A program made the position numbers and the translations under genes. Shown in pieces: positions 1 through 14,900 of a DNA stretch of 64,000 nucleotides; the stretch's first letter is position 1, and each line of letters starts with the position of its first letter. The stretch is from Owenia fusiformis (lineage: Eukaryota): NCBI GenBank assembly GCA_903813345.2, contig CAIIXF020000001.1, forward strand, positions 38,068,001 to 38,132,000, written 5' to 3'. A model generated the notes under the pieces. That model made no database searches. It saw only the letters and a program-made list of their open reading frames with translations, and was not told the origin of the DNA.

Positions 1-710
1 TTGATCAGTGACTATTATATGGCTGGTTGGTTAATCAGTGACTAGTATATGGCTAGTATATGGCTAGCTGGTTGAACACTGAATCATATATGACTAGCTG
101 GTTGATGAGTGACTTTTATATGGCTGGTTGGTTAATCAGTGACTAGTATATGGCTAGCTGGTTGAACACTGAATCATATATGGCTAGCTGGTTGATCAGT
201 GACTATTATATGGCTCGTTGGTTAATCAGTGACTAGTATATGGCTAGCTGGTTGAACATTGAATCATATATGGCTGATGATCAGTGACTATTATATGGCT
301 GGTTGGTTAATCAGTGACTACTATATGGCTAGCTGGTTGAACATTGAATCATATATGGCTGATGATCAGTGACTATTATATGGCTGGTTGGTTGATCGGT
401 GACTAGTATATGGCTAGCTGGTTGAACATTGAATCATATATGACTAGCTGGTTGATCAGTGACTATTATATGGCTGGATGGTTGATCAGTGACTAGTATA
501 TGGCTAACTGGATGAACATTGAATCATATATGGCTAGCTGGTTGATCAGTGACTATTATCTGGCTGGTTGGTTGATCAGTGACTACTATACAGTATGACT
601 AACTGGATGAACATTGACTGGTATATGGCTAACCAGATAAATCATTTACTATTATATTGCTGGCTGGTTGATCAGTGACTATTGTATGGCTAGTTGATTG
701 ATCATATCAG
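1..710. repeat. 30-bp minisatellite with 90-bp (trimeric) higher-order structure; truncated by window start
   Basis: Units gttgatcagtgactattatatggctggttg / gttaatcagtgactagtatatggctagctg / gttgaacattgaatcatatatggctagctg recur in fixed order (e.g. 101-190, 191-277, 451-540), degenerating after ~600. Confidence 0.92.
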
Positions 711-2087
711 TGAAATTTTATAGAATTTTAGAATAAAATATAATTACATGTACAAGCACTTTGTATATAAATAGCACATAAGACAAAAGCACTTTGTATA
801 TAAATAGCACATAAGACAAAACCATTATCTCAGTTAAAATGCTGTTAATCATTGAAACTTATAATGAAAAAGTGTATAATCACAAGGTCTCTGAAGACAT
901 TGATTCGAGCACCTTGTAATTGCATCTCAGATTGTTAACAGATTTTTAATGCAATTCCATAACCCTGTCAAAATAAAACATTAATTATTGACTCCATTTT
1001 TTATATGTTGAACTAATTCAAAATATTTATACTTTTAGAGCTGTTTATTCTCTTCCTTGGTTATATTTTCATTAATGATCTCTTGATTTTTTATTTTGTT
1101 TCACACAAAAAACATGACATATTTTTTAACTTTGTAAGAGACAGAGATGAATTCTTTCAATGATCTGCTCTCACTTCGACCCTCAATTATGGCCTTAACA
1201 CATTCATAATGATGAAATATGATATCGGGCACAAAAGGCTTAATAAAACAAAGTCAGTCCATAATTAGTGAATACAAATTATTATATTTCTTTATATTCT
1301 ATTTAAAGTGATCTCATTTATGCACTGAATTATTCATAATGAAGTGCTTTACTTGGATCTGTAATGAGGAAAAATGAGTGCGGATTTCCATTTTAAGCTT
1401 GCCCTGCAAACTTGTCGACTAATGATTGTTTTCAACAGCGAGAGAAGAATGAATGAATGTAACAATGTATTGTTTCAAGACCCTCGAGTTGGTATCTCAG
1501 TTACACTTTAATCTCACCTTCTAAGATCATATTTATGTTTTCTCGAAAAACTGATTTCCCTATGGCAGTATTTTCTGATTTTTAATATCATTTGTGTAGA
1601 GTTTACACACAATTTATGTAATGACTGGGATTAGCTATATGTCACTAAATAGGGGCTGAGGCATCCTCTAATTGGGATTAATTTCAATCTTTAATGAATT
1701 AATTACAAGCAATATGTATCAATGAACATGGGGAATGATGAATGCTGCTTACATGGATTCTGCTAAATACAGCACTTAAGGATCATATTTGCCATCAATT
1801 ATAGTTAGTCAAGGATTAAAATTTATACCTAACATTTTCCTGGAATTTTTTTTCAGATTGCATTAATCTATATTTGTGCAAAATACCTATCCAAAAAACT
1901 TTTGAAAACTACTTGAAGTATTTTGATTTAAATTTTGATTTCAAATACTTGTATATAATGTGTATAATGAATTGAAAGGATAAAACTAAATAAAATAAAA
2001 ACTTTGAATATGGTTGTTAAATGATATATCAGTGTCTTTATATTCACCCCATATTGGCAAATCAATTATAATTTCCAAAGTTCTTTG

Positions 2088-2240
2088 TTATTTCACCACC
2101 AGAAGTGGTAACATCATCAGTATTGATTTGATGTAGTCTCTAACTTTTTTGTGGACAGTGTTCAGCAATGTTGGTGTTTAGTATTTGGCAGTTGGTGGTC
2201 AGTATCTGTAACAAACGGCAAGTGGTGACATTTTGCATGT
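2088..2240 (-). mobile_element. Degenerate short copy of HINE-like family B (no core repeats)
   Basis: Ends match the reverse complement of the 44965-46834 element ends (tcaccacc..gtggtaacat hairpin; gtggtgacattttgcatgt) and the 25707-25820 copy. Confidence 0.6.
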
Positions 2241-3438
2241 GAATGCCTTGCTTTATAGTTAGTTTCACCCTGTTGTTGCCAAATAAACCAACATTCTATA
2301 AAATTACCAAAAGGTTAGTACAGGCAAGAAGGATTTTTTAGTCTTATAACTCCAGTACTGGCAATATTTTACATACTTTTTTTTGTTAATCTTTTATGTC
2401 AAACTCAGGATATCGAATTATTTCGGTTGCCTTCTTTTTTGATGATGCGTAGGCAAGGGATTCCATATCTGAAGGTACGAAGACATTTCATAACAACTCG
2501 GCAAATTATTTAACGGAATGAATTGAAGAATTCAGATTTTGATATCCCTTGAGGTTGATATAAATTGAACAAATATAAACACAAAAAGTTAGCACAATAC
2601 AAGAATTACGACTAAAGTGCTTGACTAGCATTTCTATTACTTCCCACGTTTTTGGAATCCATACCACTGGGCCTTTTACTGAAGCTTCTAGCCCTGGACA
2701 ATGAATAACATCCAAATCCTCAGAGGACTCACTTAATCCCAGTTCTATCAAATTAGCAGGCTTTAAATTAACAATGATTCAATTTAAGATGTCTATGCAC
2801 ATTTAGTTAATACTACAAGGGGTCTTATGGGACTAGATATATGCCCTGTTGTGCTGTGATTACAACCCCTCATCTACTTCATCTTTTCACTAACAAATTG
2901 TATTTGGACAAGCTAAAGATGCTCCTAATCTCGCCCCAGTCTCTTGAGACCTTTCCTCAGCTCCCCATTACATTTCCATTGTGCCATGTTCTACATCAAT
3001 CAGATCAAGTCATTTTTTACAGAATATATTATATTATCGACTAATTTATAGCTCCATTGAGTAATAATTAAATTTTTGTGTCATCAATTATTTTCATTGG
3101 TTCTGCATGCTTGGAGGTTGCACCTTTAAAGACAAACTCATGGGGTGAGGGGGTGGAGATGCAAAAATGAAATTTTCATTATTCATATGAAGCATATTAT
3201 TTTTTATTAATCTCAGATTTCAGTCAACTCAATGTCTTATATTAATGCATGTTAAAACTCTATTGAACAATATTCATAAATTATTTTCTTCAATTGTATT
3301 GAAAGAGCAAGTAGTTTAAAAAGTAGTTCAACTTTCTAAGATGTATACATGTACAGTATATGTATATTGATTAAAAAAACAAACAGAAATATTCTTTTTA
3401 ACAATATGTGCTGGTACATATAACAAAAAACACAAATA

Positions 3439-3935
3439 GAGTGAAACATGTAAAATGGAACACCTCTAGAATTGGAACACCTCTGTTTTTGGAACACTTT
3501 TTAGAGTCTCGGGACCAACTGACTTAATGTTAAATGAACGGTTTGTAGAAAAAACCGGGTATCGGGTAATAAATCCTCCATGGTGGGTTCAAACTTGGTA
3601 CTCGGTTGGTCGAAAAAACCGGGTACCCAAAAAAACGAAAAATAGCTTCTAGCTCAATCTTGAAGGAAGTTACATACATTCTTGTAAATTCAAAACAAGT
3701 CTTACACCGTTTTCTAATGATCTAATTATGTTATATATTCGTATTTTTCGTTTTTTGGGTACCCGTTTTTTTTCGACCGGGTACCGGGTACCAAGTTTGA
3801 ACCCAGCATGGAAGATTTACTACCCGGTACCCGGTTTTTTCTGCAAACCTGTTAAATGAACTCCCATAAATGGAACAGTTCCAAAGTAGAACACTTAGAG
3901 GTACTAAAGGTGTTCAACTTAGACAGGTTTAACTG
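3439..3935. mobile_element. Tc1/mariner/pogo-type MITE (TA-flanked), interrupted by a nested MITE
   Basis: TA|gagtgaaacatgtaaaatggaacac ... gtgttcaacttagacaggtttaactg|TA imperfect TIRs; internal ggaacac subrepeats as in the 6034 element. Confidence 0.65.
3539..3851. mobile_element. Nested hAT-like MITE with ~100-bp inverted arms
   Basis: ggtttgtagaaaaaaccgggta...gggtacccaaaaaaacgaaaaata inverted to tatttttcgttttttgggtaccc...cccggttttttctgcaaacctg; flanked by direct repeat ttaaatgaa (3530-3538, 3852-3860). Confidence 0.8.
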
Positions 3936-5878
3936 TAGTGATAGAGTTGCTTGGGAAAATTAAGTAATTTTATTTTCATTCATTTTTCCAAGCAACAGCT
4001 ACGTTGAGTCATATTTAACTACTAAGGGTCTAAAGGACGATAACACTGTGTAGTAACTGCATTGGAGATGTTGTTCTTAAATGTGAATTGACTAGATAAT
4101 GTGCGCTAATTGTTTAATCATGTGTGTATTAATGCAAACCTGATCCTCTTTCGCTTGCATTAGACTCGAATTAATGGGAGAAAGCACCATTACTTGATTA
4201 AGGCGTGTTAAAGTCATGGTTTAGTAGAGCTGCATTGGGATCAGTGTCAGGCATCACTGTGCATCTGAACGTAGTACCACTTTGCAATCTTCTAATTGAT
4301 ATTTCAAATTAATGTTCATCTAAGTGATCAAGTTATCATTTTTTCTGTAGAACAAAAATGAAGTACAAATAATAACATCTTATCGCACCAGTTAAAGTAT
4401 TATTGATGACGTTTATTTACCAAGCTAGCATAGTACTAGAGTATATTTTCATGTTTGAAATTAGGGGTTAATTTAAACTTTTGTATAATGTAGATGAATA
4501 CATAAGCCTAAAAATATCTGTATCAAAAAAGGATAATATCTAAAAAAGATAAAACATAGTTAAAAAGGAAAGTATAAATGGTTATAAGTAAAAAACAAAC
4601 CACAATGTCCCAAACAGTGGTCTAACATACAAAGGAACAATGTATACCCCCTCTCATCTCTTCATCTCTCTGTGACTTGTTATTGTTATCTGTTAATACT
4701 TGTATAGTACAATGATTGGGCCTGCTTCTCAAAAATACATTGGATTATGTTTTGTAAAGATTATTTGAAAATACTGACACATTTACATCCTGAAGGAATT
4801 AGGCCTCTGTGTTACAGTATAAGAAGTTTTTGTTATCATTTTGACAATGGCGGTTTTATACATGTATTTTTGTAAAGATAAGTATCATGCTAATTGGATT
4901 AGAGGAATATGATAAAGATTAATCCTATACCTATAGCTCAACTTTTATATGAATATAAGCTCAATCGAGGAATTATATTGGAGTATAGATATAGGCTAGC
5001 TTTTGCCAAGGGTAATGAGCTAGACCCTATTACATGTGTACTTTTTTCATTCACCCACCAATTAGTTTCATTATGGTTAAAATAAAACCATGGAAACCAT
5101 GTTTAATACAAATCAACAAACATTGTACAGAAAGATGCAATGTTCCAAAATATTAATGAACATATTTTGCGTGCTAGCATGCGATCATTAAATGAGCGTA
5201 AGGTTAATTTTAATGAAGAACCCGTTAAATGATCATTCTCATCGCGAGCAAATGATTTATATTCCAGGCTTATTGAATTTCATAATGAAATAATATAGGC
5301 ATCAATTTGTAATTTCATTCTATTATTTTTGCACTCGATCCGACTGGAGTAAAGCTTTGGTGATATATTGCGTTTATATGCAACCCCTGAAATTGTATTT
5401 CCTATCTTCTAGAATTCTGTGATCATGATTTGAGACTGGATCAGTTGAATTATGATTTTACCCTGTGGCTGTTCCTACCGGTGTATAGAATTTCTACACG
5501 TACACATACTTCTCAGTCAGGATTGTGATATATAATCCCAACCTATCCGTTGAAGATTGAAAATATCATATTTAAGCCATGCACAGAGATTTGACTCCTC
5601 CGTCTTTACTATGTTTATTAAATATGTTTTTTCTCAAATATTTTAGAAGTAACAGGGCCAGTCGTATTATTATGATGTGAAATTAAAAGACTTCTTGAAA
5701 AATTATGTCAATACCGTTAGTAAAGCACATACACATGTATTTTACATTGAATTAATTATTCAAAATGTTTTCAAATTATCAGATTAACACTCTACACTCA
5801 AAGTTCAGCTCAATTCCTAAGACTTGACTCTTCATTCTTGACCACTTGTAATTTATATTTATTTCTCATATATTTAAG

Positions 5879-5944
5879 ATGGGCAGAGTTCCTGTGCAAA
5901 CTACCCCAGAAATGACTTCACCTATCATGACAGCCCCTCTGAAG
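5879..5944 (+). CDS. Probable upstream exon of the PEA3/ETS gene ([22 protein letters not shown])
   Basis: tttaag| 66-nt open exon |gtatgt, phase 1-1, joins in frame to G|GT ATT GAA GTG AAG CAG GAG at 16106; GC-richer than surroundings. Confidence 0.65.
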
Positions 5945-8900
5945 GTATGTATATGTATATTGTAACTCTCGATAGCTTAATTCTAAAATATGTTATTTAT
6001 AAAATATGGTATTTATCATATTATTTGTATGTACAGTAGAACCTGTGTATCTGAACACTTGGCTAATCTGAACACCTCCCAATGTGAACACTTTTTTCGG
6101 TCCCATTTTTTACTCCCATTGACTCCCATGTTAAAAAACCTTGAAATATGAGCACCTCCTAATTTGAAAATTAACCTGTCTAATCTGAACATTTTTCATA
6201 AAATATCACATGTTTCTTACAAAATCGCTCAAATATTTGAAAGTCAAACACTGATTTTTTGACATGATATCAAAACTTTTTGGAAAAACCTTGAATGGTC
6301 TCAATCATGATACGGCTTTGCAGCATGGCTAAATTTATTTAAATCAAATTTTCAAATTATTGGAATGTCATAAAGCTTTAAGGTCAAGCTATGAGGAACT
6401 TTAAACAATTATGTGTTCACATTTCCAGATTCTCACGAATGCAAAAACTCAAATGTGAACACCTCCTCAGAATGCAAAAACTCAAATGTGAACACCTCCT
6501 CAGAATGCAAAAACTCAAAATGTGAACACCTCAGACAGATTTTTTTAATGTATTCATTTAAGATCAAGGAGATCAAGAAGATGAGTCATCAATTGAAGAT
6601 ATTGTAGACTATCTTAGGAAATTGGTCTTCATGAGTGATAGGTCTTAATATTGGGGATTTATGAAAAAATGGGTCTTTATGGGAAATGGCTCGCTATATA
6701 AATATAAAATCTTTGTGGGAGTTGGGTCTTTCTTTGATAGAAAGGGGCCATTATGGGAGATGAACCATAAAAGAGATGGCATTTCATTGGAGATGCACCT
6801 TCTTGGAAGATGGGTCTGTATGAAAGTGGGTTTACATGGTGGATGTGTTTTTCTAAAGATGAATATACATGGAAGATGAGTCATCATGAAACATGGGCCT
6901 TATGTGTAATGTGTCATATATGTATTGATAGGAGGTGGGTCTTACTGGGATAATTAAATTAATTGAGACACTAAAATAAGTATGGATGTGAAATAAAAAA
7001 GTTGTGCAAAATGTGATTTACTGAAATTTTAAAACGACTGTTATAGAATTAATGCACCCCTTGTGTCTATAGTGTTTATAAATAATATAAATAATGAAAA
7101 TAATTAAGAGTGGTGAATCTAGGAGTCCAAGTTCTTAACCCTATGTACAGAGCTAATAGACTATATGTCACCTTTAGGTTAACAACATGTGATGTTCTTA
7201 TTCCATAAAATAATAGTTATACACTCAAGGTAAAATAACAAATTATTAATAGATGCTGAAAGGCTAATCTAAACTAAAAGAAACAAACAAATGTGTTTTA
7301 TTTACATGAATCCAGTTTGTAATTACCAGAAAAAAGCTTTGTTAGAGTGTCAAAGGGAATAGCAATATTTTGTAAAATGAGAGGCCTGGCTATATAATCT
7401 GGGTATAATTCTAGGGATTAAGCTCTACGTTACGGACCCATCTCCTGTTTTAAACAATAGCTAAGAGAGATATAATGATATTGCTCTGGCAGCAAAACAA
7501 ATGGCACTCAATTTACACCGTAAATTAATCACGACAATGGCACAGTTAGCTGGACGATTTTATTTATTTAAATGTGATCCCTTTTCTAGTTATGTAATGT
7601 AATAAAGATCGTAAAATGTGCGTTTGATTAATATGTTTCAGCATTGCTAAAAGATTTTGTAATTTTTACAATTTATCTTATATAATAAAGCCTTTGACTT
7701 TTGTGCTACACCTACGTAGATTTATCAATTTACCAATCTTGTATTTAGATAACATTACCCATTGTCCAATAGCTCTGCCATTTTACCAATACCTAACACA
7801 TGACTTAACATGAAATAAAAACATAAATTTGCTAATCTGAGACCTCAATATTGTCTTTTGTATATATCTATATTCTTACTAACGATCCCAATTTCGTGAA
7901 ATGAGCTCAATCAATGATAGTAATGCACTGATTTGAATGAATATTATTGTGATACAGTAAAAAGAAAATAGTAGAAATTGTTTTCATTTTGTTCTTGTAC
8001 ACTTTGAAGATTGGGGAAGAGCTTTGAAAGTGCTCTTCACTTTATTTGAACCAAAATCAATATCTGTAGATGATCAGCCATATTATGACGTTTCTCTAAG
8101 ACGCCATGCCTCTGGTCCTCATAGGGTCTTTCATATGCCAATATCACACCAGGTAGACATTGGAGTGGGGCATCTTACAGATGAGACCTCATGTTTAACT
8201 CTTTTAAACTTCATAATTGTATCTTCAGACCTATTCACATGCTGCATAGCCTCATGTTGAACCTCTTCAAAGCTGAAAATGTCATTTCTCAATTTAAGCC
8301 ATAGCCAGCTAGAGAATTGTTATTCTTATCATCTTCTGTACTTATGACATCACTATGAGTTGTTATTGTTAAAGCAACAGTTTTACGACTGTTGTTTATT
8401 GTTGGCGTTAGTATCCACATCAGCATTTGGTGTCTGTAACAATTGTTACACATTTGGAATAGCAATCAGGTGACATTTTGTCATGTTAACGCTTTGTTTA
8501 TTTTTGAATTGCAAAAAAGACTTGTAGAACATTAAGAAAGGACGGACATTGGCCAATGTGTGAATAATTTAGGTTGACTACCAATTCACAGAAAAGCTAA
8601 GAACTCCTATAAACCATATCATATTTATTAAGACTCCATACTGGTTGATTTAAATATCTATTGTAAAGTATGACATGTTATTAAAGGTATACCCTACCCC
8701 TGTGACAACAGTTTGAGGATGTTTTATCCTGATGACCGTGGCTGTATTGACAGATACCCAACTTCAAGGCTGGACAAATTCACTGGAAAAGCATTTGAAG
8801 GTAGGGCTAAACTTTTAGATCTTGATCAAAATAAGATAATAAAATATGATCCAATTTTAGACGTGCATATGTATTTATAGAGATAGCATTTGTATTTATC

Positions 8901-11900
8901 AATAGATGAAATTAAATGTACTTTATTTTGTTTTAATTGATGAATGATTTAACGTTTCTTCTTACCAGGTATAGAGTAATTGCCCAATAATTAGACCATT
9001 GTTGTTTTATCACAAGTGCCTTCAATAGTATAGGGGTATTCAAATGAACCGATGTACTTTTGGAAATAATGAGTTTTTAAGTTATCTGACCTATGGGTTG
9101 AACATTGGGCCTAATGATTGTGAAATTGCTATTGCACATCAGTGTTATAGGATCATAGGGGCGGGAGGCCTCTATTGCAATATTCCCTCCTCTACAAATA
9201 TGTTTTAATTGCTCTTTGTGGTTTCATGCATTTTATTTGAGTAATTACAATTTAGTTGATTTCTATTAGTTCTATTAGCATTATGCACCATGTAACCCTT
9301 TCTAAGATTTTCATTCTGTATCTTTCAAAATCATAAACTGCAACAAATGTATAAAAATCTTGAAAGTACAGTTAAATCTTGAAAGTACAGTTAATCTACA
9401 CTCTGAATAAGAAATTATGCTTATATAATTCAGGATTGTAAACTCTGTGCTAAATTATACTTTTCAAACTCAGTATAATGCTGAATTCAGCACATCAAAC
9501 CCAGCACAATGATCAATTCAGCATATCAAACTCAGCACAATGATCAATTCAGCATATCAATCCCAGCACAATGCTGAATTCAGCACATCAAACTCAGCAT
9601 AATGCTGAATTCAGCATATCAATCCCAGCACAATGCTGAATTCAGCACATCAAACTCAGCACAATGATCAATTCAGCATATCAATCCCAGCACAATGCTG
9701 AATTCAGCACATCAAACTCAGCACAATGCTGAATTCAGCACAAAATACTCATAAAAATGTACTAAGCACAATGGAACCATCATATTGCACTCAGCACACT
9801 GCACAACAACATATAGTCAAGCATAGACAATGGCAGCAAAATCCACCAAAACTTCAGATATAACAGCACTGAGCTCAGACATGATTCACAATAATACAAT
9901 TGAAAATTCACGATATGCTGGAGAAATGGCTCCCATACCAGATTAATGTGCAATCAGACAAAATAAACGTTCCAATAAAAACCAATGAAATATATTCGCT
10001 CAATGTTTATAATCGCTCTGAACCAACTAGTTGCTGAGCGATAATGAAATGTCTAAATGTGATCACTGCAATTATACTCACATTATCTTATTAATTTATT
10101 AACATATAGAGCTTATAAGGCTCCTTTGTGTCAAACTACTTCTCTCTTCCAAAATATTGTGTTTTCATTTATAATTTACTGGCTGGATATTTAGGAAAAC
10201 ATTGATATTTTTAAGTTCATCATTAAAACAGGTGTATCACTCATAGTGTATTGATTCACTTCAGTCTTCCTTTCATTTGCTGTAAGAAATAACATATCAC
10301 GTACAGTAATGTGATATTTTATGAGGGGCTAACATATGTTCAGTATTTTTTAGGTTGCATATTTTGCCGAAATGTACTTTGATCTTCAGATATTAATATA
10401 GTAACATACAGTGTACTGTTATCAATTTATTTCTTTAAATTCAAGTAATTGCACCAAAGTTGAACCTACTATTGATTTTTAGGTTGTGAATCTCATTGTA
10501 ATGTGAATCTTGAAATTCAAATATAGAAACATGACTTTCTTTATTTCAATGAAGCAAACAATTTTACCATATTTATTAATAAAAAATATGGTTTTACTTT
10601 TATGATTGTGTAAGGTAAACGGTTCAAAAGATAAAATTGTTTTTAGAATGTTATTATGCAATCATAGATCCGTTAGCTTTCGAGGTTAAATGACAAAATC
10701 ATAAACTGCAACAAATGTATTAAAATCTTGAAAGTACAGTTAATTAAGACTGAAAAACATATCCAAGGTAGAAAAATGTTCTCTAAATCTAATTAAACGT
10801 GTCTCTCTGCTTTAATTGTAAAATTGGCATGAGTAATTGCACGGAGCACGTGAGTTTTATAGCTGAATAGCTTGTAATGGCAGAATGTGATTTACATTAC
10901 AATCCCGAGCACAAAAGAAAGACGGTGAAACAAAAATCATGCATCAATTTAAACAGAAAACTTTGTGACAACTTTTAGAAGAAGCATTTATTGTTTTTGT
11001 TTGTTTGATATTTTTAATTGCATTTTGTAAAATGTTTGAAAAATGACCAGTTAATGGAGTGATTAAAATCAATTATGGAATCGTTCCTTGTTGAATTTGG
11101 ATAACATAAAACAGTGATTTGTACCAGGATTTTTTCATGTGAACAACCAAGAATAGTTTTTATTAGCCGACCAGTGAGAAAAAAACATACATTAATTATC
11201 ATCTTCAAACATAAAACTGCGCTATATCCCATAAAAATCTCGACACCATTAATTTTTATCCATTTTGCGGAGAAGAGATGGCTTTTTCTGTCAGAGTATA
11301 ATTGCTTAGAGTGAATGACTATTGTGCTAATTGTGAGCTGGGAGAATTTTGAAGACATAGAAACAACGGCGGAGGGTAATCAGTATTGTTACCCAGCCAT
11401 TTATTACCAAGACTTTACTACCGTAATGCTAATGTGCCTTCAGACCTGCCTCACCGTGTAATATTGTCATAACATTTCTACTGTATTGATTATATCGCCT
11501 TTTCTGGATTGATGGAATTTTCATCGCAGCAGTATAGATAGTGATTTTCACTACTTTAATCGCAATCTAAAATTAATCTTATGTCAATTTCTCTGTTAAA
11601 GGGTATTGCCTTGAATTTGAAATCATCAAATGACAAAATACATGCTGTCATTCAATGCATCTTGTTTCAGTCATAAACTTTAAATCACACTGGATTTTGG
11701 TTGACTACAAAGAATCTAGAAAAAAATTATGCGAATAAATTAAACTTGAAAGAAATTAGAGGAATTCATTTATTTTAGAAGGAATAAAATTTTACATCTT
11801 AATATCTCTTTTTGAGTGCAATATCAATTCAAAAAACGAGTTTCTTCAGACATCTTACCAGATTTTTAATATTTAGATTATTATTGCACAATTAATTAGC

Positions 11901-14900
11901 TTATTCATTATATCAGGGCTGATCTTCACTGGGATCCCAAAAATCTGCCATTGTGTTTTTAGAAAAATAAAAACGTTAGTCATGGAAATGATTACGGCTC
12001 CTCATTTTTGTTTCAGTGTCAAAACAATGGTCTTAAAATTATATGTTTGTTAATTCTTTAATAACAAATGACATACTGACACTTTAAAAGGTAGCAATTA
12101 TCAGATAATATTTATTTTGTGTTTACCTATAGATGGCAGCATACATTCTTATGGTCTTAGTATTAGCAAAATATTTATATTTGCCTCATAATGTCCAAGA
12201 AAATACTTTTAATGAGTGCTTTTAGCAGCTTACAAAGTGGAGACTAAACCTAAACAGAGATTGATGGCCAGGCCTATTCATCATCCTTAGATTAATTCTA
12301 AAAAATGATTGTTCCAAACAGCAACCTGTTTACAATGAGACCTGAAACAATGTGATGGCAGTTTCGATTTGACTTTAACATTAAAACTAACTAAAAGCTA
12401 TCGCTCGAGGCAAATTCTCAGGTATAAGTCAACGTTTTTTGTAGCATTTCTCATTAATCAAGAGACTTAATTCCATACAGGCAATTTTCTAAGAGGTATT
12501 CATAAGCCAAACATATGGCCGTGTCAAACTTAATATTGAAAACTATCTTTTAGATTTTACATATTGACTGATCCAGTGCCTTGGTTATCATTAAATTCTT
12601 AGTTTAATTTGAAAGCATTGAAAATGTGACATCCATTGCATAAATACTGTATTTATGCAATTAGAGATAGAGACTCATCACAATTAAAACATATTTGAGA
12701 GTGATAGTGTGTAAATGGTATTGTTCATCTTATATACCCCACTGATTCTATATCCCAGTGTTATTTATATATATATAATCAATTTATTCAATTTATCCAT
12801 AATAACATAGTAATACTAGTAATGTTATTAATAACAACGATTGGAAACTGGAATTATTTTTAATTTTCAAAACTCAGTCTGTACCTTTATGCTCAGCTTT
12901 TAAAGTTATGACTGATAATCATGTCAGAAATGACAATGAATAGAGATTGTCAATGATTTCTTTCTATATGGCTGGTTTGTGGTCGTGGCTGGTGCATTGT
13001 GGTCTACATCTACCCGTAGTGCCGCCAAGCTTGAGTGATTTAAATAGAATTAATGTTATTATTTAATTAATAGCAATTAGCTTTCTACAACGAGTTCATT
13101 CCCATTTTTAGTGGTGACTTTTTCTTAATACATTTCACATTGCCACATTTATAATTATTTAGTTGATAATCAGTAGATGTGAAATGTCATCAATATCACA
13201 TAATTAACTCAAATTCAAACACATTTAGGAGCCTTAGATCCAATAAATCAATTTTAATTGAAACATCACATTCCGTGTATTTTCAGAAATACAAAAAAAT
13301 ACAAAAACACCAATACAACCTTTTTATAAAATGATGACAAATAATAATTCGAATTTGAATATATGTCAATAATATTTTACTTTTGTGTGTAAGCAGGTTT
13401 AATGTGAGTCACATGTTGTGAGTTATTAGTGATCTGTAAATGTCCTTTTCTAGATTCCCAGGTGATCCATCATCTACCTATGTCATAGTTAATCCTCAAT
13501 TGAGAACCCTCATATTACAGTTCAAACCCACAGCATTGACTCCTGTACCCTACCCTACTAAAGAGTCTGACATTGTATACACTCTTAAAATTAAAAATGA
13601 TTCTTCGATTTAGGCTATTGTGGTCAGAAAATCCTGATGCTACTTTTTTACCTAAACATAGCAATCATTCATTGTATATTCGAAATTCAATAAAATGCCA
13701 TACCAACTATAGATGAGATTATTAAGATCAACATTGGGATATGTGTAATAGCCAAAAGGAAGTATGTCTAGAAGATTGAGATTTAGGGTTTGTAGGCATA
13801 TCCATAACTGTCACTCAACAGTAATATGCTAAAATATGTTTTTTTATTCAATCTTATTGGAGTGAATTTGCAAAAATGTTTATCAAATCTTAACTCTCCC
13901 AAAAGTATAATATTTAAATCACATATTTTTGTAAGAAAGCCAATCAAATTAATAATCTTAAAGTCTCAATAAATTGCCAATATATATATTTCTAAGACTA
14001 ATCTCAATGCTATAAAAAGTCAAAGTCGACATTATTCAAAAAAACATGGGCCTAGGCTTAAGAGTGGCTCCCATATTCTTGAAAAATATGCCTAAGATTT
14101 CAGTGTAGATCATTTTAGTGGCATTTCCCTGCCAATCTCTGTTGAACCGACTTATGCTTGTCATTTTCCAGACCCTTACTGCAATAACAAATCCTAATTA
14201 CATCAATTGATGAATGCTTGATTAAAATATACAGGGATTAGTGGGGATTAATAGTTGTTTTATGCATCTATCAAACGGGTCCATTTCACTCACAAAGACT
14301 TGTCTAAAATACTCAGCCCATATTGTATGCAATTAATTTTTAACCTATTGACTTGCAAAGTTAATCAATTATCTGATCATCATTGCAAATTGTATTGAAT
14401 TGATCATTGTCTGAGTCTTATTGAGGGAAAATTGTATTGGGGATCGTTTTGTTATAAAATTATAAAGTGAGATAATGGATGAGTTTTAGAATATGCTGTA
14501 TCATGTATTCCCTATTTAAACAATGATTTCTTGGAGACATCTCTTAGAAACATCTTCAGCGATAATTTCTTTGAAACAATGGAAATAAACCATTTTATAA
14601 CAAATGTATTTTTCTAAATTTTTGTGTGTACTGTACTGAGGTTTGACATTAATGTTTGTTAGATTAGGTTAAAAAATACATTTCTATGTCTTAATTGCTT
14701 GCAATAAGGTTTTGGTTACTTGTTCAAATAGTAGAATGTTTGAATTAATAATAATCTTGAAAAACAATGTAAGGATTTTTTTACACACGAAGAAGATTTA
14801 TTTTCAGTTTCAATTTCCTTTACTTACTTTAACAAACTGCTCTAAAATGACAGGAAATATTGCACAACAGTGCACTCCCTAAATTCAAAAGCACATTTAT

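Noticed and set aside
1..710. CRISPR-like appearance of 30-bp periodic repeats (also 9470-9740)
   Set aside because: No unique spacers, no cas genes, eukaryotic context; ordinary minisatellites.
6640..6950. ORFs 6645-6887 and 6661-6879
   Set aside because: Overlap a degenerate gggtctt-type repeat; no splice or homology support.
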